From the NCBI RefSeq assembly GCF_902713615.1, contig NC_052161.1, positions 117,282,636 through 117,346,635 of the forward strand: a stretch of 64,000 nucleotides of DNA, in the 5' to 3' direction. Below the pieces are notes generated by a model, which saw only the letters and a program-made list of their open reading frames with translations, was not told where the DNA came from and searched no databases. Each line of letters starts with the position of its first letter. The first letter of the stretch is position 1. This document shows positions 60,496-64,000 of the stretch, piece after piece. The position numbers were made by a program, and so were the translations under genes. This DNA is from Scyliorhinus canicula (Eukaryota).

Positions 60496-60590
60496 CAACT
60501 TGGGATCATCCAGTTTGTGAAGCTCACCTAGTCACTGCCTTTGCTGGCTGTTATATTTGCACAGTTGTAGTTTTAAATATTTTTCACGTG

Positions 60591-60893
60591 CGCGGTAGCA
60601 TGGTGGTTAGCATAAATGCTTCACAGCTCCAGGGTCCCAGGTTCGATTCCCGGCTGGGTCACTGTCTGTGCAGAGTCTGCACGTCCTCCCCGTGTGTGCG
60701 TGGGTTTCCTCCCACAATCCAAAGATGTGCGGGTTAGGTGGATTGGCCATGCTAAATTGCCCTTAGTGTCCAAAATTGCCCTTAGTGTTGGGTGGGGTTA
60801 CTGGTATAGCGTGGGTTTGAGTAGGGTGATCATGGCTCGGCACAACATCGAGGGCCGAAGGGCCTGTTCTGTGCTGTACTGTTCTATGTTCTA
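60591..60893 (+). mobile_element. HE1-type SINE with CR1-like tail
   Basis: Family match; head-to-head inverted with 60150-60495. Confidence 0.85.
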
Positions 60894-61159
60894 TAATCAG
60901 TAGAGATGGCGGGGGTGGAAATTACTCTGTTAATCCTCCTACCATTTAACATCACAGCAATATTTATTAACTTTAACAATACATTTGCAATTTTACAAGA
61001 GTGGTTATTCCTGAAAATGAGAACTGTAACTGAAAACTTTATGCAGTTTTCAAAGGAATGGTTTGCTTTGAACAGGTTACTGCTGTTGCATTTTTTTTCT
61101 TTAAACCCTCTTCCCATATTCTGTCAAGCAGAAAGTTCTGAGAAACACAAGTTTTAGTG

Positions 61160-62995
61160 AGGAGCTGAAGAAAATTAATATTAGTTGAAAAATGGTTTGG
61201 AGGAAATTAATGAGATTGAAGGCAGATAAATCTCCAGGGCCTGATAATCTTCAACCCAAAGTATTTAAGGAAGTGGTCCTAGAAATAGTAGATCCATTGG
61301 TGGTCATGTTCCAAAATTCGTTGGACTCTGGAATGGTCCCTACAGATTGGAGGGTAGCTAATATAACTTTGCTCTTCAAAAGGGAGGAAGAGAGAAAACA
61401 GAAGTATAGACCACTGAGCCTAACGTCGGTAGTAGGGAAGGAGTCCATTATCAAGGATTTCATAGCACAACATTTGGAAAACAGTGGTATAATCAGACAA
61501 ATTCAGCATGGATTTACAAAAGGGAAATCATGCTTGACAAATCTACTAGAATTCTTTGAAGATGTAACTAATAGAGTTGACCAGGGAGAACAAATGGATG
61601 GGGTTTATTTAGACTTTCAGAAGGCCTTCAACAAGGTCTCACATAGCAGATTACTATGTGAAGTTAAAGCGCATGGGATTGCGGGTGGTATCTTTAGATG
61701 GATAGAAAGCTGGTAAGCAGACAGGAAGCAAAAGTTGGAATAAATGGGTCTTTTTCCGATTGACTGGCAGTGACTAGTGGAGTACTGCCACTACATCAAG
61801 GAGAAGTGAGTGTTCAGCACAACCCACTTAGCCATCCTCGGCTATGTGGTCCAGAACGGAGTTCTGGGGCCCGATCCCGACCGCATGCACCCCCTCATGG
61901 AGCTTTCCCTCCCTCACTGCCCCAAGGCCCTCAAATGCTGCCTGGGATTCTTCTCGTACTACGCCCAGTGGGTCCCAAACTATGCGGACAAGGCCCGCCC
62001 ACTCATTCAGTCCACCCACTTTCCTGGTGGGTACAGGGATCTGTACCAGGGCCCCAACTATTCACATTATGAATGATTTGGATGAGGGAACTAAATGTAT
62101 TATCTCCAAATTTGCAGATGATACAAAATTGGGTGGGAGGGTGACCTGTGTGGAGGATGCAGAGATGCTTCAGTGAAATTTGGACAGATGGAGTGAGTGG
62201 GCATTTGCATGGCAGATGCAGTATAATGTGGATAAATATGAGGTTGTCTGCTTTGGTAGCAAACATAGGAAGGCAAATTATTATTTGAATAGGTCTAAAT
62301 TGCGAGAAGTGGATACTCAGCACGACCTTAGTGTCCTCGAGCATTAGTCGCTGACAGTGAGTGCGGAGGTAAGTAAAGAAGGCAAATGGTATGTTGGCAT
62401 GGTGTGGTATGATAGCGAGAGGATTTGAGTATAGGAATAGGATGTTTTCCTGCAATTGTATAGGGAATTCGTGAGGCCACGATGTCGTTATGAGGAAGGA
62501 TGTTCTTGCTATGGAGGGAGTGCAGTGAAGGCTTAGCAGGGCGATTCCTGGGATGGCAGGAATGTCCTATGAGGAGAGACTAAATTGGTTAGGATTAAAT
62601 TCAATGGAGTTTAGAAGCGTGGGAGCGGATCTCATAGAAACTTATAAAATTCTAACAGGATTAAACCGGGTAGACTCAGAAAGAATGTTCCCAATGGTGG
62701 GGGAGTCCAGAACTAGGGGTCATAGTTTGAGGATAAGGGGTGAGCCTTTTAGGACTGAGGTGAGGAGACATTTCTTCACCAAGAGAGTGTTAAACTTGTG
62801 GAATTCACGACCACAGAAAGTAGATGTGGCCAAAATATTGTGTGATTTCAAGAAAGAATTAGATATAGCTCCTGGGATATGGGGGAAGGCGGGATCAGGG
62901 TATTGAATTTGATGATCAGCTATGATCATAATGAATGGCAGAGCAGGCTCGAATGGCCAAGTGACCTCCCCCTGCTTCTATTTTCTATGTGTGCT
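61160..62995 (+). mobile_element. CR1 LINE RT + 3' tail
   Basis: KSPGPDNLQPKVFKE, QHGFTKGKSCLTNLL, KFADDTKLGG, YEERLNWLGL. Confidence 0.9.
61790..62024 (+). mobile_element. Gypsy RT/RNaseH internal fragment inserted in CR1
   Basis: FSTTHLAILGYVVQNGVLGPDPDR..KALKCCLGFFSYYAQWVPNYADKARPL, a Gypsy RT thumb region; no LTRs. Confidence 0.8.
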
Positions 62996-63292
62996 TCTAT
63001 GAAAATGGTTATCCTGAAGGTACTGTGTGCCTGCTGCTGTTCGTCATTTGTCATCGCATATCACTATAATAAATGCATTCGACAGAAAGTAGGCAAATCA
63101 ATTTTGGAATTAAGCATCTCAATGAAAATATGTTTTAAGGCCTCAAGTCATTTTAAACTACTGACAGATACTGCAGCCTTCCCTCAACTTGGCTCAGCAT
63201 GGAAATTGAGGAAGGACTTTTTTTTTTATACATTTGCATTCATTTTGTTCTGGATAATTGTCCTAATTTGCATATTTCAAATCACTTTCAGA

Positions 63293-63465
63293 ATGGCTGG
63301 TTTACAGTTGGCTTCATTTGGAAGGTTACTAGTGCTTTCAGTCTTTCTGCTGAACATCCCTCTCCACCATGGAATAGAATTTGATCCGTACAGATCACTG
63401 GGAGTCAGCAAAAGTGCAACCCAAGCAGAAATAAAAAAAGCTTACAAACAACTGGCTCGGGAGTG
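63293..63465 (+). CDS. DNAJC16: DNAJC16 first coding exon (signal peptide + start of J domain)
   Basis: TTTCAG|A ATG: MAGLQLASFGRLLVLSVFLLNIPLHHGIEFDPYRSLGVSKSATQAEIKKAYKQLAREW, matching DNAJC16 DFDPYRVLGVSRTASQADIKKAYKKLAREW. TG|GTGAGT donor just before the HPD motif. DNAJC16 neighbours CASP9 in mammals. Confidence 0.9.
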
Positions 63466-64000
63466 GTGAGTTTCTGCCTGTATTTTAGTTGTCATTGGGT
63501 TGGGTAATAGACACATATATAGACTTTACATCCAGGGGCTGCGTTTTTCCAGTGAAACATTCCTCCTTATAAGTCTGACATCTTAGGCAAGTCTTAAACA
63601 AACACAAGGCTGGGATATGAGGTCAAGGGATAAAATATGACTTATTTTACTGGCCTTGCAAACACAAACTTCAGGAAACGCTGGACAGAAGCAGTAAAGT
63701 CTCTCAACACTAGAAACAAAAATGTGTTGCTTTGTTAAGACACTGTAACATTGGTAAAGTTTGAATGACAACTTGATATCATCCAAACACCCTTGTAATC
63801 AACTCAAAGCTATTTGTTATTCTCTGTTTAATGGACAGTACAATACTGCCTGCTAAGCTAAATTACTATTTAGTATTAAAAGGTGTAAATGGTTCCTAGC
63901 TTAAGTGGTTGGTGCAAATTGTGTGTCACTCGAGCTCTCTGATGGCTCAGTGATTAAATGCATCACTAAGTATGTAAGTAAGACATAAAGATCACACTAG

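Noticed and set aside
12-60903. Many recurring short ORFs such as 'GHCPCGVCTFSPCLRGF' (Cys-rich, zinc-finger-like)
   Set aside because: They are translations of the SINE consensus, not a protein family.
62879-63292. Upstream extension of the 196-aa ORF into DNAJC16
   Set aside because: It starts in a CR1 tail and crosses a clear splice acceptor (TTTCAG at 63291); only 63293-63465 is homologous.

Overview
Eukaryotic genomic DNA from a cartilaginous fish, most likely a shark or catshark. This is inferred from HE1/V-SINE-type tRNA SINEs and from CR1, L1, L2, Rex-Babar and Penelope repeats. The window holds three host genes: the first two coding exons of DDOST (minus strand, gene runs off the left edge); a complete 9-exon caspase-9 gene (CASP9, 9248-46375, 1254-nt CDS = 417 aa, CARD + SHG/QACGG catalytic motifs, all introns GT-AG with consistent phases); and the probable CpG promoter plus first coding exon of DNAJC16 (plus strand, runs off the right edge). 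Most of the rest is densely nested retroelement DNA. It includes a near full-length L1, a class III/spuma-like endogenous retrovirus pro-pol split by an L1 with an exact 15-bp TSD, a CR1>L1>Rex-Babar nest, Penelope termini carrying minimal hammerhead ribozyme motifs, and SINEs sharing one head but carrying three different LINE-type tails. No convincing wholly new gene system was found. The best leads are the ERV, the ribozyme motifs, the SINE tail swapping, a perfect 94-bp duplication bracketing the DNAJC16 promoter, and the altered CASP9/DNAJC16 orientation. Repeat boundaries are approximate unless a TSD is quoted.
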